From the IMG/VR virus record IMGVR_UViG_3300045988_057496: a stretch of 41,862 nt of DNA; one strand, given 5' to 3'. Positions 22,369-31,158 of this stretch are shown here, piece by piece (position 1 is the stretch's first letter; every line of letters starts with the position of its first letter). Source of the DNA: a virus. The notes under the pieces were generated by a model. The model was given only the letters and a program-made list of their open reading frames with translations, did no database searches and had not been told where the DNA came from. The translations under genes were made by a program, and so were the position numbers.

Positions 22369-22956
22369 ATGGCACTCAAAAGAGCTGACATCCGCACGAT
22401 TCTGGAGAACCCCGAGACCTCCAACGATGACAAGGCCAAGGCCATTCTGGACGCCCTGCACAAGGAGACGGACGAACTCAAGGACCAGCTGGATGCAGAA
22501 AAAGCAGCCCGCACACAGGCCGAGAAGGACCGGGACGCAGCCAACGGCGGCAAGGAAGCCGCCGAAAAGGCGCTGACCGACTACAAGGCTCAGCAGACCC
22601 AGAAGGACACCCACGCAGCCAAGGAAGCCAAGTTCCGGGAGCTGCTGAAGTCCGCCGGGGTGCTGGACAAGTATGCAGACCGCGTTGTGCGGCTGTCTGG
22701 CGAGGATATCGACAAGCTGGAGCTGGACGATAAGGGCGAGGTCAAGGACGCCAAGAAGCACACCGACAGCCTGAAAGCTGATTGGAGCGACTTTGTAGGC
22801 ACTACGACCACCACCGGCGCAAAGGTGGACACTCCGCCCACCAATACCGGCTCCAAAATGACCAAAGACCAAATTTTTGCAATCAAGGACGCAGGCGAAC
22901 GCCAGGCCGCGATTGCTGCAAATGCCGACCTGTTTACAGGCGGCGGAAAGGACTAA
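22369..22956 (+). CDS. Scaffolding protein
   Basis: 195 aa from ATG 22369. The track start at 22162 runs through the tRNA. The protein is a highly charged coiled coil and lies immediately upstream of the capsid gene. Confidence 0.75.
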   Translation: MALKRADIRTILENPETSNDDKAKAILDALHKETDELKDQLDAEKAARTQAEKDRDAANGGKEAAEKALTDYKAQQTQKDTHAAKEAKFRELLKSAGVLDKYADRVVRLSGEDIDKLELDDKGEVKDAKKHTDSLKADWSDFVGTTTTTGAKVDTPPTNTGSKMTKDQIFAIKDAGERQAAIAANADLFTGGGKD

Positions 22957-22959
22957 CAC

Positions 22960-23859
22960 ATGGCAGCAAAGACCAATCTGACCACCACTACCGAGATCAC
23001 CGTCAACCCCCGGGAAATCGACTTTGTGACACGCTTCCAGCGCAACTGGGAGCACCTGCGGGAGATCATGGGCATCATGCGTCCCATTCGGATGCAGCCC
23101 GGCACCGTGCTGAAGAGCAAGTACGCCCAGGGCACCCTGCAGAGCGGCACCGTGGCAGAGGGCGAGGAGATCCCCTACAGCCAGTACACCGTCAAGGAGA
23201 AGGACTACGGCAAGATCACCATCGAGAAGTACGCCAAAGCCGTCACCATCGAGGCCATCCAGAATTACGGCTACGAGGTTGCCGTGCAGAAGACCGATGA
23301 TGAGTTTCTGTACGACCTGACCGCAAAGGTGACCGACAAGTTCTACAAGTATCTGAACACCGGCACCCTGAAAGGCACCCCCAAGACCTTCCAGATGGCT
23401 TTGGCCATGGCAAAGGGCAGCGTGGAGAATAAGTTCAAGAATATGCACCGCACCGTCACCGGCGTTGTGGGCTTTGCAAACGTCCTGGACGTGGCGGAGT
23501 ACCTGGGCACCGCCCCGATCACCATTCAGAACCAGTACGGCTTCCAGTACATCAAGGATTTCATGGGCTACAACACCATCTTCCTGCTGTCTGACGGCGA
23601 GATCGCAAAGGGCAAGGTCATTGCCACCCCCGTGGACAACATCGTGATGTACTACGTTGACCCATCCGACAGCGACTACGCAAAAGCTGGGCTGGTGTAC
23701 ACCACCGCGGGCGAAGCCAGCAACCTGATCGGCTTCCACACCCAGGGCAACTACACCACCGCCGTCTCTGAGAGCTTCGCCATCACCGGCGTGACCCTGT
23801 TTGCTGAGTACCTGGACGGAATCTCTGTCCAGACCATTACCACGGGGGAATCGGTCTAA
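22960..23859 (+). CDS. Major capsid protein
   Basis: 299 aa. The call rests on its position after the scaffold gene and on its size and composition. No protease gene lies between them. Confidence 0.8.
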   Translation: MAAKTNLTTTTEITVNPREIDFVTRFQRNWEHLREIMGIMRPIRMQPGTVLKSKYAQGTLQSGTVAEGEEIPYSQYTVKEKDYGKITIEKYAKAVTIEAIQNYGYEVAVQKTDDEFLYDLTAKVTDKFYKYLNTGTLKGTPKTFQMALAMAKGSVENKFKNMHRTVTGVVGFANVLDVAEYLGTAPITIQNQYGFQYIKDFMGYNTIFLLSDGEIAKGKVIATPVDNIVMYYVDPSDSDYAKAGLVYTTAGEASNLIGFHTQGNYTTAVSESFAITGVTLFAEYLDGISVQTITTGESV

Positions 23860-23880
23860 CCTGCAAGGGGGTGACTTTGC

Positions 23881-24291
23881 ATGACCGTCCCCGAGCTGTG
23901 CGTTTACACGCACAATTTTTTTGACCTGGCAGACGACCCCGTTGCCGGGGAGTTCGCCTTTGAGCCGGACACCGTGCCCGCCGGGGTAGTGCCGGGACAG
24001 TATTTCCTTGTGTGCGGATCCATCTTCAATGACGGCGTGCACAAGGCCGGGGACGGTGATCTGACCGCCGAGACATTCACCGGGACGGTGCAGCCCATGC
24101 GCGTGCCGCCTGATTTTGTGGCGCTGGCTGAAAAAATCGACGCATACGACAAGGCGCTCCCGTCCGGCGGCGTGTATGTGTCCCAGTCCTTTGCCGGGTG
24201 GTCCGGCACAATGGCCACAGGGGCCGACGGCCTGCCTGCCGACGGCAAAACCCACTATAAATCCGAGATCAATCAGTGGAGGAAGATGTGA
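23881..24291 (+). CDS. Putative head-tail connector protein
   Basis: 136 aa. The call is position-based only. Confidence 0.5.
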   Translation: MTVPELCVYTHNFFDLADDPVAGEFAFEPDTVPAGVVPGQYFLVCGSIFNDGVHKAGDGDLTAETFTGTVQPMRVPPDFVALAEKIDAYDKALPSGGVYVSQSFAGWSGTMATGADGLPADGKTHYKSEINQWRKM

Positions 24292-24292
24292 C

Positions 24293-24661
24293 ATGGTCAA
24301 CGCGTTCACTGCATCCACCGTGATGCAGAGCTTTACCCAAAAATACCGTTTTCAGACCCGCAGCTATGAGCCGGACGGCGTGGGCGGCTTTGTGTCCGGC
24401 TGGACGGACGGCCCGGAGTTTGAGGCTGTGGAGCGTCACGACACCACCGTGGAAGCTCAGGTGGCGGAGCAGGCTGACACCGCCTCCACCTACACCCTGC
24501 TTGTCAGCACCGGCGTGCCGCTGGCTTTTCCGGACTACATCAAGCGGGTGAGCGACGGGCAGACTTTCCAGATCACCAGCACAGCGGACGAGGCCAAAGC
24601 CCCACCGGAATCTGGCATGGGGCTGCGGGCCGTCAAGTGCAAAAAGGCGGTGCTGCCGTAA
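24293..24661 (+). CDS. Head closure / head-tail adaptor protein (SPP1 gp16-like)
   Basis: 122 aa from ATG 24293. The size and the ...TYTLLV....PDYIKRVSDGQTFQI pattern fit head-closure proteins. Confidence 0.6.
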   Translation: MVNAFTASTVMQSFTQKYRFQTRSYEPDGVGGFVSGWTDGPEFEAVERHDTTVEAQVAEQADTASTYTLLVSTGVPLAFPDYIKRVSDGQTFQITSTADEAKAPPESGMGLRAVKCKKAVLP

Positions 24662-25038
24662 TGGGGGCCGCCGAGAGCATCAACCGGGCGCTGAACGCGT
24701 TCTTCAACGGGTTCGGCATCCCCGGCTATCTGGAAGACAACATCCCGCCCGCCGCTTCCTTGCCCTACCTGACCTACAAGCCCGCCGTCCCCGGCAGCTG
24801 GAACGAGGAAGCGTCGTTTCATGGCCGCTTGTGGTACCCAAGCAGCGCGGGGCGCTTACCCATCTTACAGACCGAAGACAAAATCAGCGCAGCCCTTGCA
24901 GGCGGTTTGACCGTGCCGTGCGAGGGCGGCGCTATTCTTTTGCGCAAAGGCGTCCCGTGGGCGCAGCCGCTCGACAACCCGCCCGAGGGTTATTTGTGCG
25001 AGTACCTGAATTTTGAAATCACGCAGCTATGCGAGTAA
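24661..25038 (+). CDS. Putative tail-completion / tail-terminator protein
   Basis: 125 aa. The start overlaps the previous stop (TAATG). The call is position-based. Confidence 0.55.
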   Translation: MGAAESINRALNAFFNGFGIPGYLEDNIPPAASLPYLTYKPAVPGSWNEEASFHGRLWYPSSAGRLPILQTEDKISAALAGGLTVPCEGGAILLRKGVPWAQPLDNPPEGYLCEYLNFEITQLCE

Positions 25039-25046
25039 GGAGAATT

Positions 25047-25622
25047 ATGGGAAGAAAATTTACCAAAATTTCCGCAGAAGCATTCAAGTCCATGCAGATC
25101 AACGCGGGCCTTGTGCTGAACAAGTTCGACACTGAGGGCCAGACCGCCGTCGCTGATGCCGACATCCTCTGCGCAACCACTGGCGGCATCACCGCCAACT
25201 GCACCCCAAACATCAAAGACCTGGGCGAAGATGTGGACAACTGCCAGAAGAACACCGTGGAACTCATGGAAATTGAGAGCTACGACTGCACGCTGGCCTT
25301 CACCGCGCTGAATACCTCCGCCGAGGTCATCCGCATGGCGCTGGGCGCAGCGGACGTGGCCGAGGGCAAGGTAACGCCCCGCATGAAGTTCAAAACCGAC
25401 AAGACCACGGGCGACTTCAAAACCATCTGGTTTGTGGGCGACCTCATCGGCGGCGGATATGTGGCTGTTCGGCTGGACAACGCAATCAGCACGGGCGGCC
25501 TGTCCCTCAAGACAACCGACAAGGGCAAGGGCAATGTGTCCGTCACCCTGACGGGCTGTGTCCGCATGGGCGACGAGACCGTCCCCATGGAGTTCTTTGT
25601 AAGCGAAGACGCGGCAGCATAA
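25047..25622 (+). CDS. Major tail protein
   Basis: 191 aa, SD TAAGGAG. It lies immediately upstream of the chaperone pair and the tape measure. Confidence 0.75.
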   Translation: MGRKFTKISAEAFKSMQINAGLVLNKFDTEGQTAVADADILCATTGGITANCTPNIKDLGEDVDNCQKNTVELMEIESYDCTLAFTALNTSAEVIRMALGAADVAEGKVTPRMKFKTDKTTGDFKTIWFVGDLIGGGYVAVRLDNAISTGGLSLKTTDKGKGNVSVTLTGCVRMGDETVPMEFFVSEDAAA

Positions 25623-25633
25623 GGAGTGAAACA

Positions 25634-26038
25634 ATGAAAACTCTCAACCAGATGGACGAAACAGAATTTCTGCGCCACTGTTACATGATCGCGGACAAGG
25701 TGGCCGCCCTGCTGACCGAGACGCAGGTGATGGAGCTGCGCAAAGTCGGCCCCATCCTCACGGGCAGTGAAACCCCCGATGAGCTCAAGGCCAAGAAAGA
25801 AGCCCAGGGCCGAAAGAACATCAAGGCAATGGCAAAAAAGCTGCTGTTCGACAACGCCCAGAACACAGCGGAGCTGCTGCCTTTGCTGTATGAGCTGGAA
25901 ACGGACAAGGACGGCAACCCCGAAAAGATGACTCCCTTCAAAACCCTGCGCGTCATCACGGAGACCATCAACGACCGGGATGTGCTGGATTTTTTATCCT
26001 CGTTAGTGAGATTGGCTCAGACCGATATCGGCGGCTGA
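25634..26038 (+). CDS. Tail assembly chaperone (gpG-like)
   Basis: 134 aa, acidic. It contains the slippery heptamer near its 3' end. Confidence 0.75.
   Translation: MKTLNQMDETEFLRHCYMIADKVAALLTETQVMELRKVGPILTGSETPDELKAKKEAQGRKNIKAMAKKLLFDNAQNTAELLPLLYELETDKDGNPEKMTPFKTLRVITETINDRDVLDFLSSLVRLAQTDIGG
25990..25996 (+). promoter_or_regulatory. -1 programmed ribosomal frameshift slippery site T_TTT_TTA
   Basis: The zero frame reads gaT TTT TTA. The -1 frame is open from 25996 and merges with ORF 26059-26298 (63 nt = 21 codons apart, with no stop). Confidence 0.7.
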
Positions 26039-26298
26039 TCTCATCCATCCGGCTGGATATGCTGAAAGCCATTGGCAAACCCTACATTGCCCAACATTGC
26101 GTCAATGCGATGCAGCAGGAAGCTTACGAGAAGAGCTACCGCGCCTACATCACGGACGCTCTGGCTGGCCTTGTGGGCATGGAGTGTCGGTGGGTGGACA
26201 CCCTGCCCGACTTTAATACTCCCGCCCGGCCCCAGCAGAGCGCAGAGGAAATCAAGGCCCGTATTCTGGCCGGGCTGAACGGAGGTGATACGCCCTGA
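25996..26298 (+). CDS. gpT-like extension of the chaperone, expressed as a G-T fusion: join(25634..25996,25996..26298), 221 aa
   Basis: See the slippery site. The track ORF 26059-26298 has no SD of its own. Confidence 0.65.
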   Translation: MLVSEIGSDRYRRLISSIRLDMLKAIGKPYIAQHCVNAMQQEAYEKSYRAYITDALAGLVGMECRWVDTLPDFNTPARPQQSAEEIKARILAGLNGGDTP

Positions 26299-26309
26299 AA
26301 CTTTTTGAA

Positions 26310-28934
26310 TTGATGGCCACTCTTGGGCTGGACACGTCCGCGTATGAGCGGGGCATCAACAACGTCCAGAGCGAGACCAAAAAGACCGTGACGGCGCTTT
26401 CCAGCGAGTACAGCAAGGCCGCAAAAAGCGTGCTGGAACTGACAAAGCAGTATAACGAATCTGCCGCCAAGACGGGCAAGACCTCGGCTGAAACTAAAGA
26501 GCTGAAAAATCAGCTTGCAGCAGCCGAGGCGCAACTCAAAACGACTGCCTCCGCCCTGAAATCCGCAAACAACGGCATGGACTCCTTTGGCAAGTCGGCC
26601 AGCAGTACGGGAAGCGGGCTGACGGCAGCGCTGACAAAATCGCAGCTTCTGGCTTCTGCCATCTCCACGCTTTCCACCGCGGCTTTCAGCGGCGCAAAGC
26701 AGTTTGTATCTATGGGCATCGAGTACAACGCCCAAATCGAGAGCTACCGCGTGGGCCTGACCAACATGCTGGGCGATGCAGAAGCGGCCAATGCGGCCAT
26801 GCAAGCCATTCAGGAAGATGCAGCACGCACCCCGTTCAGCGTGGATTCGCTGACCCAGGCAAACCAGCTGCTCATCAGCGCGGGCGAAAATGCGGAATAC
26901 TCCCGCAAGGTCATCAATGCATTGGGTGACGCGGTTTCCGCCACAGGCGGAGGCAACACGGAGCTTTCCCGCATGGCAGCTAATCTGCAGCAGATTGCCA
27001 ATGTGGGCAAAGCGTCCGCAATCGACATCAAGCAGTTTGCCTATGCCGGAATCAACGTTTATCAGGTGCTGGCTGACTACACCGGCAAATCGGTGCAGGA
27101 AGTCCAGAACATGACCATCAGCTATGACCTGCTGTCTGAGGCCCTTATCGCTGCCAGCGAGGAGGGCGGGCGCTACTACAACGCCATGGACACCCAGAGC
27201 CAGACCATGAATGGCCGCGTTTCCACCCTGAAAGACAACGTGAGTCAGCTGGCCGGGCTCATGACGGGCGACCTCAGCAGCGGAATCGGTGTGGTAATCT
27301 CCAACCTCAACGATATGACCGTGGCGGCCATTGATGCTTACAAAACGGACGGCTGGAAGGGGCTCGGCGAGGCCATTCTGGAACTGAACAACCCCATCAA
27401 CTCCGTCATCAATAAATTTGGCGAGCTTGGCTCTGCCGGAATCGGCGTTCTCGATAAATTGAGCTTTAAGCTCAACAAAGCCCTCGGGAAGAATGCTTAC
27501 GCGGGGTACGAGAACAGCAACGAAGGATACAATCAGTACCGCTCTGACAAAAACAGCCAGAGCAACTACGACCGCCGACGGCAGGACGCTAAAAACGGAA
27601 AGGGCATCTACAACGAAAGCTGGACGGAACGGCAGGCAAAGGCGGCTGCAGCCGCCGGGAACGGTGGGAGCAGCATTACCACCTCGGGTGGCGGCGGCAA
27701 AGGCGGCGGAACAAGCAAAAGCTCTACAGCCAAAGCGGCTGCTGACACCAAAAAGCTGGCGGATACCGTCACCGAAACGTCGAAGCAGATCCTCGCCGGA
27801 ACGGGCAACATCGTGGGCAACATCCAGCGCGTGGTGGAGACTGCCGACAATACCTACAACGTCTACGACGGCACCACCAAAAAGCTCAAGGGCACCACAA
27901 AGGAGACCGTGGAGACCATCACGGACTCTTGGAAAGAAGTGGTGGACGGAACGGAGAAGACCGTCAAATCGGTCACAAAGAAAGTAACCGATGCGGCTGG
28001 AAACGTGACCACGACCACGCAAAAGACCTGTGACGATGTGGTTTTGTCCGTGACGGAGCTGCAAAGCCGCATTGACCAGAACCTCAGAAATGCGCAGAAG
28101 CAGTGGTCAAACGGCATCTTTGGCCGCCTGCAAAATATGCTGACCAATGCCAAAAACGGCAATTGGTCTGGGCTGGCTACAGACATTGCAAAACTTATTT
28201 GGGGTGAAGTCACGCAGGACCAGCGAAATATTATCTCCAAATGGCTGGTGGACTCCCTAACGGCCATCAACGATAGCTACTCCGGCGGCGGGCTGAAAGC
28301 TGCTTTTGAACAGCTGCAAAACCTCTTTACCAACGGCATCGCGGCGGACGCTACAGAAGCAAAGACCACGGTGCAGAGCTTCTCCACGATCCTGGAGGGA
28401 CTGAACGCATCCGGCGGCGTGGGTACAAAGCTGGCTGGCATCGCCACAAGCTTTTCCAGCATGTCCGGCAACGTGATCTCCAGCTTGGGCGGCATCGTGT
28501 CCTTTATCACTGCCAACCCCATTGTGGCGGCGATCCTGGGCCTCACGGTGCTGGCGGGTGGCATTGGGCTGGCAGCGCTCTCCAAAAAGAGCAAGGGCAG
28601 CGACAGCGTGACGGGTGGAAACCCTGACAGCCCGTTCTCCAAAACGCCCATCTATGACTCGCTGGCGGAGTTTTCGGCCCGTGCGGACTCTCTGAGCCGC
28701 TACAGCACGGCCACTGTGTCGCCGTTCAGCGGCCAGCAGGACAGCACCGGAAAGCAGCAGCTCAGTGTGCTGCAGCGCATTTCCAATTCTCTGGACGAGC
28801 ACCTCCCTGCCATCGGCACCGGGCAAGTCGTCTTTGATACCGGGGCCGTGGCGGGTGCTTTGCGTCCGGCTCTGGTGGACGGCATTGATACTGACCTGGG
28901 CACACGGGCCAAGCGGAAAGCGAGGGGCGGCTAA
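26310..28934 (+). CDS. Tail tape measure protein
   Basis: 874 aa. The TP901-type core is AMQAIQEDAARTPFSVDSLTQANQLLISAG...ELSRMAANLQQIANVGKASAIDIKQFAYAGINVYQVLADY. There are Gly-rich and TM-like segments. The start is TTG 26310 or ATG 26313. Confidence 0.95.
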   Translation: MMATLGLDTSAYERGINNVQSETKKTVTALSSEYSKAAKSVLELTKQYNESAAKTGKTSAETKELKNQLAAAEAQLKTTASALKSANNGMDSFGKSASSTGSGLTAALTKSQLLASAISTLSTAAFSGAKQFVSMGIEYNAQIESYRVGLTNMLGDAEAANAAMQAIQEDAARTPFSVDSLTQANQLLISAGENAEYSRKVINALGDAVSATGGGNTELSRMAANLQQIANVGKASAIDIKQFAYAGINVYQVLADYTGKSVQEVQNMTISYDLLSEALIAASEEGGRYYNAMDTQSQTMNGRVSTLKDNVSQLAGLMTGDLSSGIGVVISNLNDMTVAAIDAYKTDGWKGLGEAILELNNPINSVINKFGELGSAGIGVLDKLSFKLNKALGKNAYAGYENSNEGYNQYRSDKNSQSNYDRRRQDAKNGKGIYNESWTERQAKAAAAAGNGGSSITTSGGGGKGGGTSKSSTAKAAADTKKLADTVTETSKQILAGTGNIVGNIQRVVETADNTYNVYDGTTKKLKGTTKETVETITDSWKEVVDGTEKTVKSVTKKVTDAAGNVTTTTQKTCDDVVLSVTELQSRIDQNLRNAQKQWSNGIFGRLQNMLTNAKNGNWSGLATDIAKLIWGEVTQDQRNIISKWLVDSLTAINDSYSGGGLKAAFEQLQNLFTNGIAADATEAKTTVQSFSTILEGLNASGGVGTKLAGIATSFSSMSGNVISSLGGIVSFITANPIVAAILGLTVLAGGIGLAALSKKSKGSDSVTGGNPDSPFSKTPIYDSLAEFSARADSLSRYSTATVSPFSGQQDSTGKQQLSVLQRISNSLDEHLPAIGTGQVVFDTGAVAGALRPALVDGIDTDLGTRAKRKARGG

Positions 28935-29438
28935 ATGGCAGCACTACAAGGCGTACAGCTGGGCGACTACCACACCCTCAAAGACTGGGGGCTTTATCTC
29001 GTAGTGGGCGGAACCACCGTGGGTGAAGCCGAGGTGGACGAGCACCTGGTAAAAGTCCCGGGCGGTGACAGACTGCTCAATCTGACCAAAGCACTGGATG
29101 GCAAAGTGCACTACACCCAGCGAAAAATCACCATCACCCTCAAGTGCGTAAAACCGAAAAAATACTGGCCCAATGTGCAGCGCACCCTCGAAAATGCGCT
29201 GCAAGGCCAGTGGCTGCGGTGCATCTTTGATGATGACCCGTCTTGGTACTGGGAGGGCCTTTGGAAAGTGGCCCCGCAGAGCCATGACCGATGGACGAAT
29301 GTTTTTGTTATCACAGGCACCTGCAACCCGCACAAGATCAGCCTGACCGCAGAAGCGGGGGCAGACTGGCTGTGGGACCCGTTCAATTTCGAGACGGATA
29401 CCATCTATACCACCCCAACGAAAGTGAAGAGCTTATGA
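28935..29438 (+). CDS. Distal tail protein (Dit-like)
   Basis: 167 aa, directly after the tape measure. Confidence 0.65.
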   Translation: MAALQGVQLGDYHTLKDWGLYLVVGGTTVGEAEVDEHLVKVPGGDRLLNLTKALDGKVHYTQRKITITLKCVKPKKYWPNVQRTLENALQGQWLRCIFDDDPSWYWEGLWKVAPQSHDRWTNVFVITGTCNPHKISLTAEAGADWLWDPFNFETDTIYTTPTKVKSL

Positions 29439-31147
29439 GCTATAAAGTCTATGCCGGGACTCAGACGGCAATCGATACATGGAGCGAAAAGGTCTGTATC
29501 TATGACCCGGGTGCCGAGGATGACACCAAAATCCTGCTGGATCCGGTGCTCACGCGGGAAGACAACAAAGCGGGCAGCTTTGAGGCTACCGTGCCGCTGG
29601 GCAATATCGCCCACTCTGCTTTGCAGAAGCTGAAAGCCATCGTGGAAGTGGAGCAGGACGGAGAAACGCTCTGGCAGGGGCGCGTCATGAGCCACGACAT
29701 GGACTTTTATCTCAATCAGAAAATCTACTGTGAGGGCGAGCTGGCGTACCTCAACGACAGCTCCATGACCCCGTACAAGTACGAGTGGATCACCATCTCT
29801 GAGTTTCTTGGCAAAGTGCTGTACAACCACAACAGCCAGACAGAGGGCTACAAAGCTTTTTACCGTGGCACCGTGGACGCGGGCGGTTATCAGCAGGTGC
29901 TCTATGCCACAGGCTGCACCGTCCAGAGCCACAGAGACGAGGACGATGACGGCCATGTAGACCGCTGGTATACCTACCACGATCAGAGCGGCAGACTGCT
30001 GGCTAAGACCGATGATGACCCGTCCAGCTGGGAAGTGGGCTCCACCCACTACGTCGGCGGCACGGATTATGTATGGGGCCAAGCTCAGGATGCCGCAACG
30101 GCGATCACAAAGACGTCCGACACTCTGTATACCGTCAGCGTGGGCGTCGTGTACAGTGATAGCTCAAAAAAGACCTATGTGGCCAATATCAAAGTGGTCA
30201 CGTCCGGCAGCACAAAGCGGGCCATGTTTGAGCCCACCGACACCGAAAGCGGCGCCTATACGGTGACTGTGGCGGATGATGGTAGCGTGACCGTGACCAT
30301 CAAAGACAAAAACGCTGTAACCGGGGCAACGACCACCACCGGCGTGGGCTATGTGCTGAAAAAAGAGTACAACCTGTATACCTTTGGCGACGGCAAAAAC
30401 TTTGGCATTACCTGGGATATCCTGCAATCCGAGCTCACGGACACCTACGGCGGGCATTTTATCGTGCGGAGAAAGAAGCGGAAGCTTGTCAATACCACCA
30501 TCACCCTGCGGTATCTGGATTATGTGTCCAATGTCACCGAAAAAACCGGGCAGAAAATCGAGTTTGGCGAGAATCTTCTGGATCTGGACAGCTATGTCAA
30601 GGCAGAAAACATCGTCACCCGCGTCATCGCGGTAGGCTACCGGACAAGCGGCTTCTGGGTGTGGAAGAGCACCAAGATCCTCACGGCCACGGCCAACGAC
30701 TACGACGCCCAGAAGTACTATGGCATCATCACACGGGTCATCGTGATCGAGGGCACATCCTCTACCACAGAGACCCTTTTGAAAGCGGCTCAGAAAGAGC
30801 TTGCAAAAAATCTGCGGTATCTGGATGGCATGACCATCTCTGCCGTAGACCTGAAAGACGCGGGAGTGGATACCGAGCGCCTGCAGTTTATGAAGAATGC
30901 GGACATCATCTCCGAGCCCCACGGCGTGCACACGTCTCTGACCTGCACCAAGCTTGTGGAGCCGCTGGATAAGCCGGACGAGAAGAAATTTACCTTTGGG
31001 ATTGACTTTTCTTCCATCTCTGACCTGCAGGCCCTCAGCGCCCGCAAAGCCACCAACGCTTTTGATATGGCGCACTCCGCCGTCATGAGCTTTAACGACT
31101 CTACTCCCGCCAGCCTGAGTTTGGACGAAGAGGAAGATTTGAAGTAA
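29435..31147 (+). CDS. Tail-associated hub / Tal-like protein (prophage tail endopeptidase family position)
   Basis: 570 aa from ATG 29435, overlapping the Dit stop. The N-terminus is typical of siphophage Tal proteins (ILLDPVLTREDNKAGSFEATVPL...LWQGRV). Confidence 0.7.
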   Translation: MSYKVYAGTQTAIDTWSEKVCIYDPGAEDDTKILLDPVLTREDNKAGSFEATVPLGNIAHSALQKLKAIVEVEQDGETLWQGRVMSHDMDFYLNQKIYCEGELAYLNDSSMTPYKYEWITISEFLGKVLYNHNSQTEGYKAFYRGTVDAGGYQQVLYATGCTVQSHRDEDDDGHVDRWYTYHDQSGRLLAKTDDDPSSWEVGSTHYVGGTDYVWGQAQDAATAITKTSDTLYTVSVGVVYSDSSKKTYVANIKVVTSGSTKRAMFEPTDTESGAYTVTVADDGSVTVTIKDKNAVTGATTTTGVGYVLKKEYNLYTFGDGKNFGITWDILQSELTDTYGGHFIVRRKKRKLVNTTITLRYLDYVSNVTEKTGQKIEFGENLLDLDSYVKAENIVTRVIAVGYRTSGFWVWKSTKILTATANDYDAQKYYGIITRVIVIEGTSSTTETLLKAAQKELAKNLRYLDGMTISAVDLKDAGVDTERLQFMKNADIISEPHGVHTSLTCTKLVEPLDKPDEKKFTFGIDFSSISDLQALSARKATNAFDMAHSAVMSFNDSTPASLSLDEEEDLK

Positions 31148-31158
31148 GGAGAAAAATT

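Noticed and set aside
22228-24318. 696-aa minus-strand ORF, the longest in this part of the track
   Set aside because: It lies antisense to the well-supported scaffold, capsid and connector genes and runs through tRNA-Thr. Its sequence is low-complexity (Gly/Ala/Val/His-rich), typical of spurious antisense ORFs in GC-rich DNA.
26145-28064. 639-aa minus-strand ORF
   Set aside because: It is antisense to the tape-measure gene, which has clear family motifs. It has no SD and a poor composition.
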